A stretch of 64,000 nucleotides of DNA from Tubiluchus corallicola (Eukaryota > Animalia > Priapulida). Location of the stretch: contig JAQGDQ010000365.1 in NCBI GenBank assembly GCA_030141605.1, forward strand, positions 169,519 to 233,518, in the 5' to 3' direction. The notes under the pieces were generated by a model. The model made no database searches. It was not told where the DNA came from and worked only from the letters and a program-made list of their open reading frames with translations. This document shows positions 22,357-33,891 of this stretch, one piece after another (positions within the stretch are counted from its first letter, which is position 1; the number at the start of each line of letters is the position of its first letter). A program made the position numbers and the translations under genes.

Positions 22357-22506
22357 GCTTGTAATATATATTTTTCTTTTTTATTAAAATGCTGCTTTTG
22401 AAATGCTTTATTACGCTAAAATTATATAGGGTAGGGCATAACCCAGAGCTGTTTTAGGGTAATTAGATAAACGAATAAAATTTGATATAATTAGATATAA
22501 AAGAGT

Positions 22507-22995
22507 ATGGAAAAACCCGAATTTGATACTATTTTTATGGAGTTGGCTGTAAATCTTGCTAAAAGATCGCATTGCATCAAAAAGCACGTGGGAGCGGTGT
22601 TGGCAAAGGATACAAGAATTATATCTATTGGTTACAATGGACCTCCTGCTAACACACACAATTGTGATAAGGATTTTCCTGACAAAGGATGCCCAAAAGA
22701 CTCTAGAGGGAGCTGCTCATTAGCTATTCATGCTGAACAAAATGCTATTTTGTATGCTGTAAAAAACAAAACAAATGTAAAAGGTGCAATTTTGTATCTT
22801 ACATTATCCCCTTGTATTGCATGTGCAAGAATAATATTTAGCATGGGTATAAGTAAGGTTGTTTATTTGAATTCGTACTCAGAGTATAAAAAATTGCCAA
22901 TTGATGAGGGAATAGATTTTTTAAGAGAATTTGGAGTAGAAACAGAAAAATACAATGGCAAGAAAATAAACTACGATGATGATCCTTTGATTTAG
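22507..22995 (+). CDS. dCMP deaminase family protein
   Basis: IGYNG, HAEQNA, SPCIAC zinc motifs. Confidence 0.9.
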   Translation: MEKPEFDTIFMELAVNLAKRSHCIKKHVGAVLAKDTRIISIGYNGPPANTHNCDKDFPDKGCPKDSRGSCSLAIHAEQNAILYAVKNKTNVKGAILYLTLSPCIACARIIFSMGISKVVYLNSYSEYKKLPIDEGIDFLREFGVETEKYNGKKINYDDDPLI

Positions 22996-23011
22996 GAAAA
23001 GCTATATTCAA

Positions 23012-23584
23012 TTATTTAATTTCTATTTCATTTATTAGTTTGTGAGCAACGCTTTTCCATTGAGATTTTTGTTGTATGGGGCAAGAAAATGATATAATTA
23101 AGATTTTATCTTTGTATGTAGTATATAGAATATAATTATACTTTTTTATGGTTCTCTTACCTCTTAAAATGTCTTCGGTAAAAAAGATAGACGAAAACTC
23201 AAACACTAAAAAGGTTTTATTGTTGTGAACAACAAACTCTTCTTTTTCAAAAACAACCTCATCATACAAAGCAATTATATTTGCCTTATATATTGATTTC
23301 ATTACATCATATGATTTTTCATCTTTTCCCCAAATAATATTTGTATGGTTGATAAGCAAATCAACAGAACCTATATCGTTTGTATATGCAGCCAAAGGCG
23401 ATGTCTTTGTCGCATGCCGACTAAAAACTTCATTAGGAGGCAATGGAAACAAATTATTAGGCAATTTGATAGTTATCTTCTCTGTAATTACATGCGCTAT
23501 CCAAAGATTGTTCGTTTGTCCTAACGAATAAGTTAGAGAAAAAAGATAAAGAGCAACAGAAAGAAATAGTGTTATGCGTTTCAT
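23012..23584 (-). CDS. hypothetical secreted protein
   Basis: Signal peptide MKRITLFLSVALYLFSLTYSLGQ; lies directly behind rocD; no family recognised with confidence. Confidence 0.6.
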   Translation of the reverse strand: MKRITLFLSVALYLFSLTYSLGQTNNLWIAHVITEKITIKLPNNLFPLPPNEVFSRHATKTSPLAAYTNDIGSVDLLINHTNIIWGKDEKSYDVMKSIYKANIIALYDEVVFEKEEFVVHNNKTFLVFEFSSIFFTEDILRGKRTIKKYNYILYTTYKDKILIISFSCPIQQKSQWKSVAHKLINEIEIK

Positions 23585-23588
23585 ATGC

Positions 23589-24825
23589 CTATACATTAAA
23601 TAAAAGAATAGTTTTTTCAATAATATCACAACACTCATTAATTTGCTTTTGATTAATAATTAGAGGAGGTGCAAACCGAATGATGTTAGTATGGGTTGGT
23701 TTGGCTAATAATCCATTATCTCTTAATTTCAAACATATTTTATTAGCAATGTCCTTATCCTTACTATTGTCTATTACTATTGCATTAAGTAGCCCTTTTC
23801 CTCTTACCAATTTAACCAAGGAGGTTTTTGATACCAACTCATTCATTCTTTTTCTAAACACTTCACCCATAGCAAAAGCATTTTCTACAAGTTTTTCTTT
23901 TTTCAGCACTTCCATTGAGGTTATTGCTACTGCACAAGCTAACGGGTTGCCTCCATATGTAGATCCATGTTGCCCAGGTTTCAACACCCCCAATATTTCT
24001 GCATTTGATAATACGGCAGAGACAGGCATAAACCCACCTGATAGTGCTTTGCCAAGTATCAATACATCAGGTTTTATACTCTCATAGTCACAGGCAAGCA
24101 GTTTTCCTGTTCTTCCTATTCCAGTTTGAACTTCATCAGCAATAAACAATACATTTTTAGACTGGCATAATTGATACGCTTTTTTCAAATAACCATCATC
24201 AGGCACAACTACTCCTGCTTCTCCTTGAATAGGCTCTATCATAAACCCAGCAACATTGGGGTCTTTTAAAGTAGATTCTAATGCAGGAATGTTGTTATAA
24301 GGGATTGCTTCAAACCCAGGCATAAAAGGACCAAAATTCTTTTTACTGTTATCATCTGATGATGTAGAAATAGCGGCTAACGTTCTCCCCCAAAAGTTCT
24401 TTTCTGCTACAATTATTTTTGCTTTATTTTCAGAAATTTTTTAATTTCATACCCCATTTTCGGCATACCTTTACAGCTGTTTCACCACCTTCTACTCCAG
24501 TGTTCATGGGTAACATTTTTTCATAACCAAAATACCCCGTCAAGTATTCTGCATACTTACCTAAAATATCATTATAAAAGGCTCTCGAAGTAAGTGTCAA
24601 CCTTGAAGCTTGCTTTTGCATTGTCTTCAAAATTTCAGGATGTGCATGTCCTTGGTTAAGGGAGCTATAGGCAGATAGGAAGTCATAATATTGCTTTCCC
24701 TCTACATCCCATACGAACACACCTTCTCCCCGACTGAGAACAACAGGAAGGGGGTGATAGTTTAGTGCGCCATATTTTTTTTCTAAATCAAAAGCCTCTT
24801 GTATTGTTTTTGCTCGTGGTATCAT
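23589..24825 (-). CDS. rocD: ornithine--oxo-acid aminotransferase (split by indels at ~24437-24455)
   Basis: [32 protein letters not shown] in the 5' ORF; FWGRTLAA in the bridging region; [33 protein letters not shown] in the 3' ORF. Adding one base to each of two homopolymer runs gives [18 protein letters not shown]. Confidence 0.9.
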
Positions 24826-24914
24826 AAGTAAATGGACTAATAAATTATAAAAAACAAGAAACAAAAATAATAAAATTTATTTGACTTACAATTAAGAAGA
24901 GAGAGTTTGTTTGA

Positions 24915-25268
24915 TTATAGTTCTTTTAAGATTTCATTTGGATTCCAAAATAGTTTTTCAAAATCTTCTATTCTGTCATCAACTATCTTTATGCCTTCTT
25001 TCTCTAACCTGTTTTGCATTGTTTCGGGAGTAGCAAAGTGCATTTTTCCTGTAAGCATTCCATTTCTATTTACCACTCTATGAGCGGGTGTTTCATCATC
25101 TGCTTTATTTAAAACCCACCCTACCAACCTTGCACTTCCCATCATCCCTAATGTTTGAGCAATAGCACCATATGTGGTTACCCTACCCTTGGGGATTTGT
25201 TTTACCAATTTATAGACGTTTTTTTGGAAGTCTTGACTTTTGTTTTTATTACTTTCAAAGAAGCTCAT
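24915..25268 (-). CDS. MGMT/ATL family alkyltransferase-like protein
   Basis: IPKGRVTTYGAIA, ARLVGW, PAHRVVN (no catalytic Cys). Confidence 0.88.
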   Translation of the reverse strand: MSFFESNKNKSQDFQKNVYKLVKQIPKGRVTTYGAIAQTLGMMGSARLVGWVLNKADDETPAHRVVNRNGMLTGKMHFATPETMQNRLEKEGIKIVDDRIEDFEKLFWNPNEILKEL

Positions 25269-25416
25269 AGAAACTAAATAATTTAATTTGATTTCAACTT
25301 AATATATTTATTAAATATGTCAAAACAAAAAATATATAAATAAGGTAACTTTCTTGATTTGTTTAAGAATAGAATTTATCATATCTTGAGTTTTTTTTAA
25401 TCATTACCAAACCGAG

Positions 25417-27738
25417 TTGCTTAGCATGGCGACAAATATAAAACATATTGCAGCGTTATTTTGCATATTTGTTCTTTTCACTCAAGTAACAAAGGGGCAA
25501 AAAGTGGCACTCGTGCTAAGCGGAGGAGGAGCAAGAGGATTAGCTCATGTGGGAGTAATTAAGGCATTAGAGGAGCAAGAGATTCCAATAGATTATATTG
25601 TAGGAACTTCAATGGGAGCTCTGGTAGGGGGATTCTATGCTGCAGGCTACTCAGTCGAGGAACTTGAGATGATGGTAAAGAGTGGAAATATAGAAAGATG
25701 GGTAAAAGATAAATATGCTGAGGCAAATATTAATGATTTTTTCTATTCCATGCCTCCAGACCCCTCTATGATAGATGTAGATCTATTTTATGACTCTACA
25801 AGTTTTTCTCTAAAAAAGTACTTCTTAGAAGATGTCAATTTAAATTTTGTGTTTTCAAAAGAGCTCGCCCAAGCGTCAGTGACTGCCAACAATAATTTTG
25901 ATAGTTTAATGATACCCTTTAGGTGTATAGCGTCAGAGGTGTTTACCGAACAAGAAGTAGTGTTAAAAAAAGGAGAACTATATAGAGCATTAAGAGCATC
26001 AATGTCTGTGCCTTTGGTTTTCAGACCTATTAAAATTGATGAAAAGTATCTGTTTGATGGAGGAATTTATAACAACTTTCCTGTTGATGTAGCACTAAGA
26101 GAGTTTAACCCTGATTATATCATAGGAATAAACGTTTCTGAAAAAACATACACAAAATATCCTTATGAACAGGATGAGAAACTTATAGCAAGATCACCTG
26201 TAATTTTTGGTATAAGCAAATCAGATATTGTTTTGGCAGTTGAAAATGGCACATATATAGCTCCTAATGTGGCTTCTTTTGATATGTTTTCTTTTGATAA
26301 AGCAGATATTATTGATTCGGGGTATGTAGCAACGATGCAGAAAATAGAGAAAATAAAATTTGATATTGAAAGCAAAAGAAGTAAAGAGGAAATAAAATTA
26401 AAAAGAAAAAAATTCAGACTACAAAACGAACCTTTGATTTTTAAAGACGTACGCTTTATAAATTTCAACTATGCACAGGTTAGCTTCATGAAGAAATTTT
26501 TTAATTTTCAAAAGAAAGGATTTTTGACGTTAGAAGAAGTGAAACAAAGATACTTTAAGTTAATCAGTATGGGAGATTTTAAATATATATATCCAGATTT
26601 TAAATATGATACCGAAAAGCAGTTTTTTTATTTAGAACTTCGCTTAGAAGAAAAAAACTTGTTGCGATTGTTTGTAGGTGGAGGTTTGGGCAGTCATGCT
26701 TCTAGTGGGATTTATCTAAAGCTTCAAAATAGAGTTTTTTCACGTGTTATACTTCATAGCTTTTTAAGTGCTCATGTGTTTTCTTTTTATGATGCATTTT
26801 ATTTTTCTTCTCGTGCCTATTTTCCACAATTAAAAAATCTTTCATTTGAAGTAAATGCCATTCAGAATTATTGGAACTACGACAATGTAGGAAATCAAAG
26901 AAATTTTTTGCCAATTAGTTTGTTAGATAGGCAAGCAACAGTTGCTGTTGGAGCCCCTATTGGCAAAACAATGAAGCTGTTGGCAAGCAATAGTTACATA
27001 TATAATAAAAATAGTTTTTCTGAACTTGATAATGTGTCTCCATCTGACACATTAGATCAAGATATATTTAATGGATATCGATTTGGTTTAGAATTGTTGT
27101 CTGACTCAAGAAATGAAAAAGTATTTCCTCAACAAGGCAGATTTTTTTCAACTAAATGGAATATGTTTAAAGGAAAAGAAAAGTTTATTCCAGGCTCTAC
27201 ATCTAGTTTCACATCTGAATATTCTGGCTTAGAAGACTCTTCTCATGTTCGTACATGGTATTCGCTTTCTATTGAATTTGGTCAATATTTTCAATTAGCT
27301 CCTGAAGTTGTTTTTGGAGTGCGTGCACATACGGCATTGTCTAATTTACCTGATTTTATGACTGAAAGAGCAACGCGTATTATGGCTCCAGAGTTTCTAC
27401 CTACTGTTGGTTCTAGGCTTACATTTTTGGAGGAATATGGGGGAAGGGCTTTTATTGGGCTTGGAATGGATAACATTTATACAATATTTCCTAAATTAAC
27501 TTTTATGGTGTCTGTTAATTTGTTTCAAAAAATTTTACTTAGTAGTGGAATGATACCTGAAGGCGATAGGACACTAGATAATATAAGGCTTATAAGTAGT
27601 GCATCATTAGTATATAAAACCCCCATTGGTCCGTTGAGCCTTAATGCTACACATTTTACTGACTCTGTATATAGAAATAATATTCAATTTTTTGTTAATA
27701 TAGGTTATTTATTATTTCATAAGCGAGCAGTAGATTAA
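25417..27738 (+). CDS. patatin-like phospholipase with probable C-terminal beta-barrel (PlpD-like)
   Basis: LSGGGARG, GTSMG, DGG motifs; signal peptide; C-terminus YKTPIGPLSL...FVNIGYLLF. Confidence 0.85.
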   Translation: MLSMATNIKHIAALFCIFVLFTQVTKGQKVALVLSGGGARGLAHVGVIKALEEQEIPIDYIVGTSMGALVGGFYAAGYSVEELEMMVKSGNIERWVKDKYAEANINDFFYSMPPDPSMIDVDLFYDSTSFSLKKYFLEDVNLNFVFSKELAQASVTANNNFDSLMIPFRCIASEVFTEQEVVLKKGELYRALRASMSVPLVFRPIKIDEKYLFDGGIYNNFPVDVALREFNPDYIIGINVSEKTYTKYPYEQDEKLIARSPVIFGISKSDIVLAVENGTYIAPNVASFDMFSFDKADIIDSGYVATMQKIEKIKFDIESKRSKEEIKLKRKKFRLQNEPLIFKDVRFINFNYAQVSFMKKFFNFQKKGFLTLEEVKQRYFKLISMGDFKYIYPDFKYDTEKQFFYLELRLEEKNLLRLFVGGGLGSHASSGIYLKLQNRVFSRVILHSFLSAHVFSFYDAFYFSSRAYFPQLKNLSFEVNAIQNYWNYDNVGNQRNFLPISLLDRQATVAVGAPIGKTMKLLASNSYIYNKNSFSELDNVSPSDTLDQDIFNGYRFGLELLSDSRNEKVFPQQGRFFSTKWNMFKGKEKFIPGSTSSFTSEYSGLEDSSHVRTWYSLSIEFGQYFQLAPEVVFGVRAHTALSNLPDFMTERATRIMAPEFLPTVGSRLTFLEEYGGRAFIGLGMDNIYTIFPKLTFMVSVNLFQKILLSSGMIPEGDRTLDNIRLISSASLVYKTPIGPLSLNATHFTDSVYRNNIQFFVNIGYLLFHKRAVD

Positions 27739-27746
27739 ATTGTGAT

Positions 27747-28232
27747 ATGGATAATAGTTTTGTCTTTTTAGCATTAGGAAGCAATATTGGAAGCAGAGCA
27801 GAAAATATTCACATTGCTAAAAATAAAATAAGTAAATTTGTATCCATAGAAAAAGAGTCTTCTTTGTATCAAACAGCACCATGGGGATATGCTAAACAAC
27901 CTTCTTTTTTAAATCAGGTAATACAAGTAGCTACTCTTCTAACTCCTGATGCTCTTTTGTGTGAGTTATTAGAAGTAGAGAAAAACATGGGAAGAAAAAG
28001 AAAGCAAAGGTGGCATTCTAGGACAATAGATATAGACATTTTGTATTTTGGTAATAGAACAATAAATACACCACAACTAATTGTGCCGCATATTGAAATA
28101 CAGAATAGACGGTTTGTGTTAGTGCCCCTTGAAGAAATAGCACCGAATTTTTTGCATCCTATTTATAAATTAACGACCCAACAGATGCTTCAAAAATGCA
28201 AAGACACGCTAATGGTTAATAGAAAAAAATAA
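27747..28232 (+). CDS. folK: 2-amino-4-hydroxy-6-hydroxymethyldihydropteridine diphosphokinase
   Basis: LALGSNIG, FLNQV, RTIDIDIL, PH...NRRFVLVPL. Confidence 0.93.
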   Translation: MDNSFVFLALGSNIGSRAENIHIAKNKISKFVSIEKESSLYQTAPWGYAKQPSFLNQVIQVATLLTPDALLCELLEVEKNMGRKRKQRWHSRTIDIDILYFGNRTINTPQLIVPHIEIQNRRFVLVPLEEIAPNFLHPIYKLTTQQMLQKCKDTLMVNRKK

Positions 28233-30043
28233 TGCATGCTCAACGCTACACCATAGAACAAATAAAACATTTACCCTCTAAAAGTGGAGTATACTGCTAT
28301 TATGATGAGAAGGGAAAAATTATTTATGTAGGTAAGGCAAAAAATTTAAAGGCACGAATAGCGTCTTATTTTAATGGTGCAAGTGACAAAGACAATAAAA
28401 CAATAAAAATGATTTCAAAAGTTCGTTCTTTTGAAATTACTATTGTCAAAACGGAATTTGACGCTTTGTTGCTTGAAAGCACTTTCATAAAAAAATACCA
28501 ACCAAAATATAATATACTTCTTAAAGATGGCAAGGCATATCCGTATATTTGCATAACAAAAGAGCGCTTTCCAAGAGTATTTTTTGCCAATCAAATTGAC
28601 CAAGTGAAGAAGAAAACAACAAGATATTATGGCCCCTACACTAATAGAAAAGTTGTATATAGCTTGTTGGAACTTTTTAAACAATTATTTTATGTACGGA
28701 CGTGTAAATATAATCTATCTAAAGAGAACATTGCAAAGAAAAAATATAGAGTCTGCTTAGACTTTCACATTCACAGGTGTAAGGGTCCTTGCGAAGCGTT
28801 GCAAACGGAAGAGGATTATCTATGTTACATTGAACAAATAAAAAACATATTAAAAGGAGATTTATCACCTGTGCGAAAGCATTTTATGGAAAGAATAGAG
28901 GTTTTTGCAAAAAAATTAGAGTTTGAAAAAGCCCAAGAGTATAAAGAAAAAATAAGTTTGTTAGATAAGTTTCAAGCTAAGTCAGTGGTTGCTAATCCTA
29001 ACATTGGCAATATTGACGTTTATGCTATTGTGTCTGATGAGAAAATGGCCTACATACACTATATGCAAGTTAATCATGGTAATATTGTATTAAGTAGAAA
29101 TTTTGAGATAAAGAAAAAGCTTAATGAAAAAAATGAAGATATTCTACCACATGCAATAGTGGAAATTACAGATAGGTATAGCAGCCAAGCAAAAATGATA
29201 TTGACAAATGTAAATTTAGAGATAGAGATGAGCATTTTTTGCAAAACACCCAAGATAGGAGAAAAAAAGCATTTGGTAGATTTGGCAAAAGAAAACATAT
29301 TGTTTTATAAACTTGAAAGAAATAGAAAACAAGACACCACATATTATAAACAAAAACATGTATTAAAACAGCTTCAAAAAGAATTAAACTTAAATCAACT
29401 ACCAGAGCGAATAGAGTGCTTTGATAATTCTAACATACAAGGTTTTTCTCCTGTGGCAGCAATGGTATGTTTTATTAAAGGAAAGCCTGCCAAAAAGGAG
29501 TATAGAAAATATCACATAAAAACAGTAACGGGAGCTAATGATTTTTTGTCAATGTATGAAGTAGTATTTCGCAGATACAAAAGAGTATTAGATGACGGCA
29601 AACCTCTACCCAATTTGATTATAGTAGATGGAGGAAAGGGGCAGTTAAATTTTGCAATAAAAGCATTAAAAGAACTTAACATTTACCATAAACTTTCTGT
29701 TGTTGGCATTGCTAAACGGTTAGAAGAAGTATTTTTTCCTAACAATCCTGAACCTTTGTATATGAGTAGAAGATCAGAGGCATTGAGGTTAGTACAACAA
29801 ATTAGAAATGAAGCCCATCGTTTTGCCATTACATTTCATAGAGAAGAGAGAAAAAAACAAGGATTTGCATCTGTGTTTGATAGTATAGAAGGAATAGGAA
29901 GAGAAAGCACTAAAAAACTGCTTGCAGAATTCAAATCATTGAAAGGAATAAAAAAAGCATCCTTACAAGAGTTGGAAATGCTATTGGGGCAACAAAAGGC
30001 AGGTGTTATATTTAAATATTTTCATGTTCACGACAAAGGTTAA
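28232..30043 (+). CDS. uvrC: excinuclease ABC subunit C
   Basis: GIY-YIG (GVY...IIYVGKAKNL), Cys motif, RIECFDNS, DGGKGQL, RNEAHRFA, C-terminal HhH. Confidence 0.96.
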   Translation: MHAQRYTIEQIKHLPSKSGVYCYYDEKGKIIYVGKAKNLKARIASYFNGASDKDNKTIKMISKVRSFEITIVKTEFDALLLESTFIKKYQPKYNILLKDGKAYPYICITKERFPRVFFANQIDQVKKKTTRYYGPYTNRKVVYSLLELFKQLFYVRTCKYNLSKENIAKKKYRVCLDFHIHRCKGPCEALQTEEDYLCYIEQIKNILKGDLSPVRKHFMERIEVFAKKLEFEKAQEYKEKISLLDKFQAKSVVANPNIGNIDVYAIVSDEKMAYIHYMQVNHGNIVLSRNFEIKKKLNEKNEDILPHAIVEITDRYSSQAKMILTNVNLEIEMSIFCKTPKIGEKKHLVDLAKENILFYKLERNRKQDTTYYKQKHVLKQLQKELNLNQLPERIECFDNSNIQGFSPVAAMVCFIKGKPAKKEYRKYHIKTVTGANDFLSMYEVVFRRYKRVLDDGKPLPNLIIVDGGKGQLNFAIKALKELNIYHKLSVVGIAKRLEEVFFPNNPEPLYMSRRSEALRLVQQIRNEAHRFAITFHREERKKQGFASVFDSIEGIGRESTKKLLAEFKSLKGIKKASLQELEMLLGQQKAGVIFKYFHVHDKG

Positions 30044-30086
30044 CTTCTTAACGAAATGGCTCAAATGAAAAATGCCTTATGTATTC

Positions 30087-30129
30087 AAAGAAAGTCTTTT
30101 GCTGTAACTACTTGCAAAAGGCTTTCTTT
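30087..30129. terminator. bidirectional terminator between uvrC and the TonB-dependent receptor
   Basis: AAAGAAAGTCTTTTGC-N11-GCAAAAGGCTTTCTTT, a 16-bp stem with one G-U pair. Confidence 0.65.
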
Positions 30130-30150
30130 AAAGTGTGTCTACTTGCGCTT

Positions 30151-32388
30151 TTAAAATAGAAACTGCAGATTTACTGTAACATTTCGTCCTATTTCTCCTA
30201 TTCCGTCTACTCGTAAACGGGACAAATGATTGAAATAATATGTATCAAATAGGTTGTTGATTATTACATTGCAATGCACAGCTTGATTTTTAATGTTTAT
30301 TTTATTGCCAACACTGAGGTTTACTATAGTGTACTCAGGTGTTTCTACTTCAAATGGACCTAAGTTTTTTTGAGCAAAGGCTTGTTTTACCTCTATGTTG
30401 AAGTATGGATCGCTTAAAAAACTTAATTTCTCCTTTTTTAATTTTATTCCTGTTGTTATTGAACCTGGTGGCATAAAAGGCAAATATGAATTGTTTGTTA
30501 GTTCTCCTATTACTATTTCTCCACCAATGTTAAAGTTCAACCATTTAAATGGCTGATATGCACCATATATCTCTCCCCCATATAAGTTTGCATTGTGTTG
30601 TATATATTCGTATATTTTATACTCTTCAAACATTTCATCAGTAGAAGCAAGATAAATGTAATTTAAGACATAGTTATTGAATAGAGAGAGGCTCAAATAG
30701 AATTTTTGAATTTTATAGTTAAAATTTAAATCTGCTTGAACATTTTGTTCACTTTTCAAATCAACATTTCCTCTTTCATAACGATTAACAGCGTAGTGTA
30801 TACCTGATGATTTTAATTCTGATAGATTTGGAGCACGAAAGCCAGAGGCTACATTGAAACGCAACGATGTTTTTGAGTTTAGGTCATAGATCGCTCCTAT
30901 AGATGAACTTATATTGTGAAGATTTTTTTTACCTGGGGTTTTATAATCCTGATCCTCTTTGTTACCCGTTTCTAACATATTTATATGTATTGCATCGTAC
31001 CTTGCTCCAAGTTGCAACTTTACATTATTTATTTCATGTTGAACTAATAGAAATACACCACCATCTACTATGTTGGCGTCAGGAATTAATATTTCATTAC
31101 CTCTCTTATTAGCATTGTTTTTGTAAGAAAATGCCATTCCTGATACAAAATTCCATGTTCCTAAACTTTTCCATTCGTTTTTTAAATTGACACTTAAAGT
31201 GTTAAGTTGTAAAGCAATATCTTCTTTTACTACAGGCTCATCGTCATTTTCTTCATACTCATACCTAGTGTTGCCAATGTACCCAACGTTGAGCATTAAT
31301 TTTGAATCATTGATGAGAAAAATGTTTTCGCTAGAAATAATATGTGTTTGCAGTTTTTGATAAGGAAAATCTAAATTCCTCTTAGTGGTTTGTTCTGTTA
31401 CTTCTTCAGGAATAGCTATATTTGATCCAACAAAGCTGTACCCTATTGAAGAGACTCCCCAATCTTTTGTAATGCCTGTTTTTAACTTAAACCCTGCTTC
31501 ATTAAACCTAGAATTTGTTACTCTTTGCCCATTACCCATTTTGTAATCAGCATGATTTTGATAATTACTGCTTACATTGAAATACATGCTTTCATTAGCA
31601 CCCTTGATCATCATATTTGTAGATGTACCCAAGGTATTACTAAAAAACTTTGTTTGAACATTTCCTTCTATTTTTCCAGCTGCAGGAGGAAGTTCATCAG
31701 AAAGGAACAAAACACCTGCTAAGGCATCTGATCCATACAATAAAGAAGATGGTCCCTTAACTACCTCTGCTTTTCCCAGCCCTGCATCGGTTAGTCCCAA
31801 GCCATGTTCATCTCCCCACTGTTGATTTTCTAATCTAATCCCTTGAGTGTATACTACTACACGATTATGACTCATACCACGTATGACAGGCTTTCCAATA
31901 CTAATTCCTGTTGCCACTTGGTTTACCCCTTGTATGGAAGTAATCCCTTCCATTAGAGTTGTTGCTCCTCTTTGGTTAATCTCTTCTAAGCCAATAGAAA
32001 CTATGGGAATAGGGTTTTCACTTTGCAAATTATCAAGTAATGGAGAAGAGATTACGATTTCATCTGTAAATGTAAGAGAAGTTTCCATTTCAATATCTAT
32101 ATTGACAATATTGTTTTCATTGGTAACCAAAACGGATTTTGTTATAGTTTTATAGCCAATATAGCTAAATTGTAAGCTGAGATTTTTTCCCTGAGCTGCT
32201 TTAAGACGATACCAACCATTGTTATCAGAAGAAACACCTTTTTTTAATTCAGGAATGTAAACACTAACTCCAATAAGAGGGGTATTTGTTCCTTTTTCTG
32301 TAATAATTCCTTCAATATATTGAGCCATAGCAAAATGGCATAGAAGCAAAAGTAAAAAGATAGTGGATAATATTTTTTTCATACACAT
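30151..32388 (-). CDS. TonB-dependent receptor (CarboxypepD_reg-like N-terminus), probably metal/iron uptake
   Basis: Signal peptide, PLIGVSV...FSYIGYK, plug GKPVIRG...QQWGDEHG, VVKGPSSLLYGSDA, GFRAPNLSEL, NNLFD..Y..HLSR, terminal F. Confidence 0.9.
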   Translation of the reverse strand: MCMKKILSTIFLLLLLCHFAMAQYIEGIITEKGTNTPLIGVSVYIPELKKGVSSDNNGWYRLKAAQGKNLSLQFSYIGYKTITKSVLVTNENNIVNIDIEMETSLTFTDEIVISSPLLDNLQSENPIPIVSIGLEEINQRGATTLMEGITSIQGVNQVATGISIGKPVIRGMSHNRVVVYTQGIRLENQQWGDEHGLGLTDAGLGKAEVVKGPSSLLYGSDALAGVLFLSDELPPAAGKIEGNVQTKFFSNTLGTSTNMMIKGANESMYFNVSSNYQNHADYKMGNGQRVTNSRFNEAGFKLKTGITKDWGVSSIGYSFVGSNIAIPEEVTEQTTKRNLDFPYQKLQTHIISSENIFLINDSKLMLNVGYIGNTRYEYEENDDEPVVKEDIALQLNTLSVNLKNEWKSLGTWNFVSGMAFSYKNNANKRGNEILIPDANIVDGGVFLLVQHEINNVKLQLGARYDAIHINMLETGNKEDQDYKTPGKKNLHNISSSIGAIYDLNSKTSLRFNVASGFRAPNLSELKSSGIHYAVNRYERGNVDLKSEQNVQADLNFNYKIQKFYLSLSLFNNYVLNYIYLASTDEMFEEYKIYEYIQHNANLYGGEIYGAYQPFKWLNFNIGGEIVIGELTNNSYLPFMPPGSITTGIKLKKEKLSFLSDPYFNIEVKQAFAQKNLGPFEVETPEYTIVNLSVGNKINIKNQAVHCNVIINNLFDTYYFNHLSRLRVDGIGEIGRNVTVNLQFLF

Positions 32389-32401
32389 AAATCCTTTATT
32401 T

Positions 32402-32424
32402 TTATTAAGATTAAATTTAAATAA
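32402..32424. promoter_or_regulatory. Fur-box-like palindromic operator upstream of the TonB-dependent receptor
   Basis: TTATTAAGATTAAATTTAAATAA has 2 mismatches to the palindrome TTATTTAGAnTnAnTCTAAATAA. It lies just downstream of a -7-like TAATATTG (minus strand, 32429-32436). Confidence 0.5.
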
Positions 32425-32556
32425 GCTGCAATATTAATATTTTTCATTGTCAATTAAAAAGAAATGAAATTTATTTTGTCAAATTTTTCAATAAAATTAA
32501 TTATTAAGATTTTTTATTTATATTTAAACTTAAAACTTAACAACGACAGTTAATCA

Positions 32557-33875
32557 ATGAAAAAGAACTATTATTTTATACTTCTAATCACGCTTTTATT
32601 TTGTTTGCATTATCCTCATCAAACTTGGGCGCAGTCAACTAACGAGAAAGAAGCACAAGAATATTACAAACAGGCAAATATACTAAGAAAAGAAGAAAAA
32701 TGGAGTGAAACTATCAATGAATATACAAAAGCGATAGAGTCTAAACATGACTTTTCGGAGGCATACTACTATCGGGGCAATGTGAAAATTAAAATTGCTG
32801 ATTATGAAGGAGCCATTCAAGACTTTGATTCTGCAATGAAATATGACCCACAGAGAACGCCTATTTACTTGAATAATTGCGGTGTCGCCAAAAGAACATT
32901 AGGAAATTACCGTGAGGCAATGAAAGATTTTACAGATGCTATAAGAAGAGATCCAAAATATGCTTTGGCATACAGTAATAGAGGAATAACAAAATATGAG
33001 TTGGAGTATTATCAAGAGGCAATAAAAGATTTTGATAAAGCTATAAAACTTGACCCATCAGACTTTTTTACGCTTATGCAACGTGGATTGGCAAAGCACG
33101 ATATGGGAAATTTTAAGGAGGCAGAGAAGGATTTTTCTCACTCAATATCTATTAATCAAAACTTTAAAACTATATTTTATTACAGAGGATTGACTAGGCA
33201 ATTGTTAGGTAGCAATGCAAAGGCGATATCTGACTTTTCTACTGTGTTGGAGGATGAACCTTCAAACGCAAATGCTTATTTTTACCGTGGAAAATCAAAA
33301 TATTTTCGCCAAGACTATACAGATGCTATAGAAGATTTTAATAAAACAATAGAATTAAAAAGCAACCATGCAGAGGCGTATAATAATAGGGCGAATGCAA
33401 AGTATGCTTTAAAACAAGTAGATGAGGCTATGGAAGATTACTCTAAAGCCATTGAACTTTATAGTGATTATTTGGAGGCATATTACAATAGAGCATCTGT
33501 ACGACAAGCAGAGTATGATGACTTAGAGGGAGCATTATCAGACTATAATAGCGTATTGGACATAGATCCGTTTGATAATGAAGCGTTATATCATCGTGCC
33601 GAAATAAAATATCTTTTGAATGATTTTAAAGGTTCTATTGTAGATTTTGATAAGGCAGAGGAGATTTCTTCACAAAAATTTATGACCAAAGAGTTTTATT
33701 ATTATCGGGGGCTTGCATTATATTATTATTACTTAGAAAGGGTTAAAGCTGATCCGACAGGAAATTACGATGATTTGCTTGTTGGTGCTTGTCAGACCTA
33801 ACAGTTGCTGATAATTTATTTCATTCTAATGCTAATAGAATGAAAAAAAAGCTAAAAATGTTGCCTTGTAGATAA
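32557..33875 (+). CDS. secreted tetratricopeptide repeat protein (probable 1-nt frameshift near 33794)
   Basis: About ten AYYxRG...A..DF.KAI TPR units and a signal peptide. The tracked ORF stops at 33801, but one added base gives GACxDLTVADNLF...MLPCR* ending at 33875. Confidence 0.85.
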
Positions 33876-33891
33876 AAAGGAGCTCTTAAAG

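Noticed and set aside
32640-33720. Nucleotide-level repeat array in the TPR gene
   Set aside because: Periodicity is only the ordinary 34-aa TPR pattern; the DNA copies are diverged.
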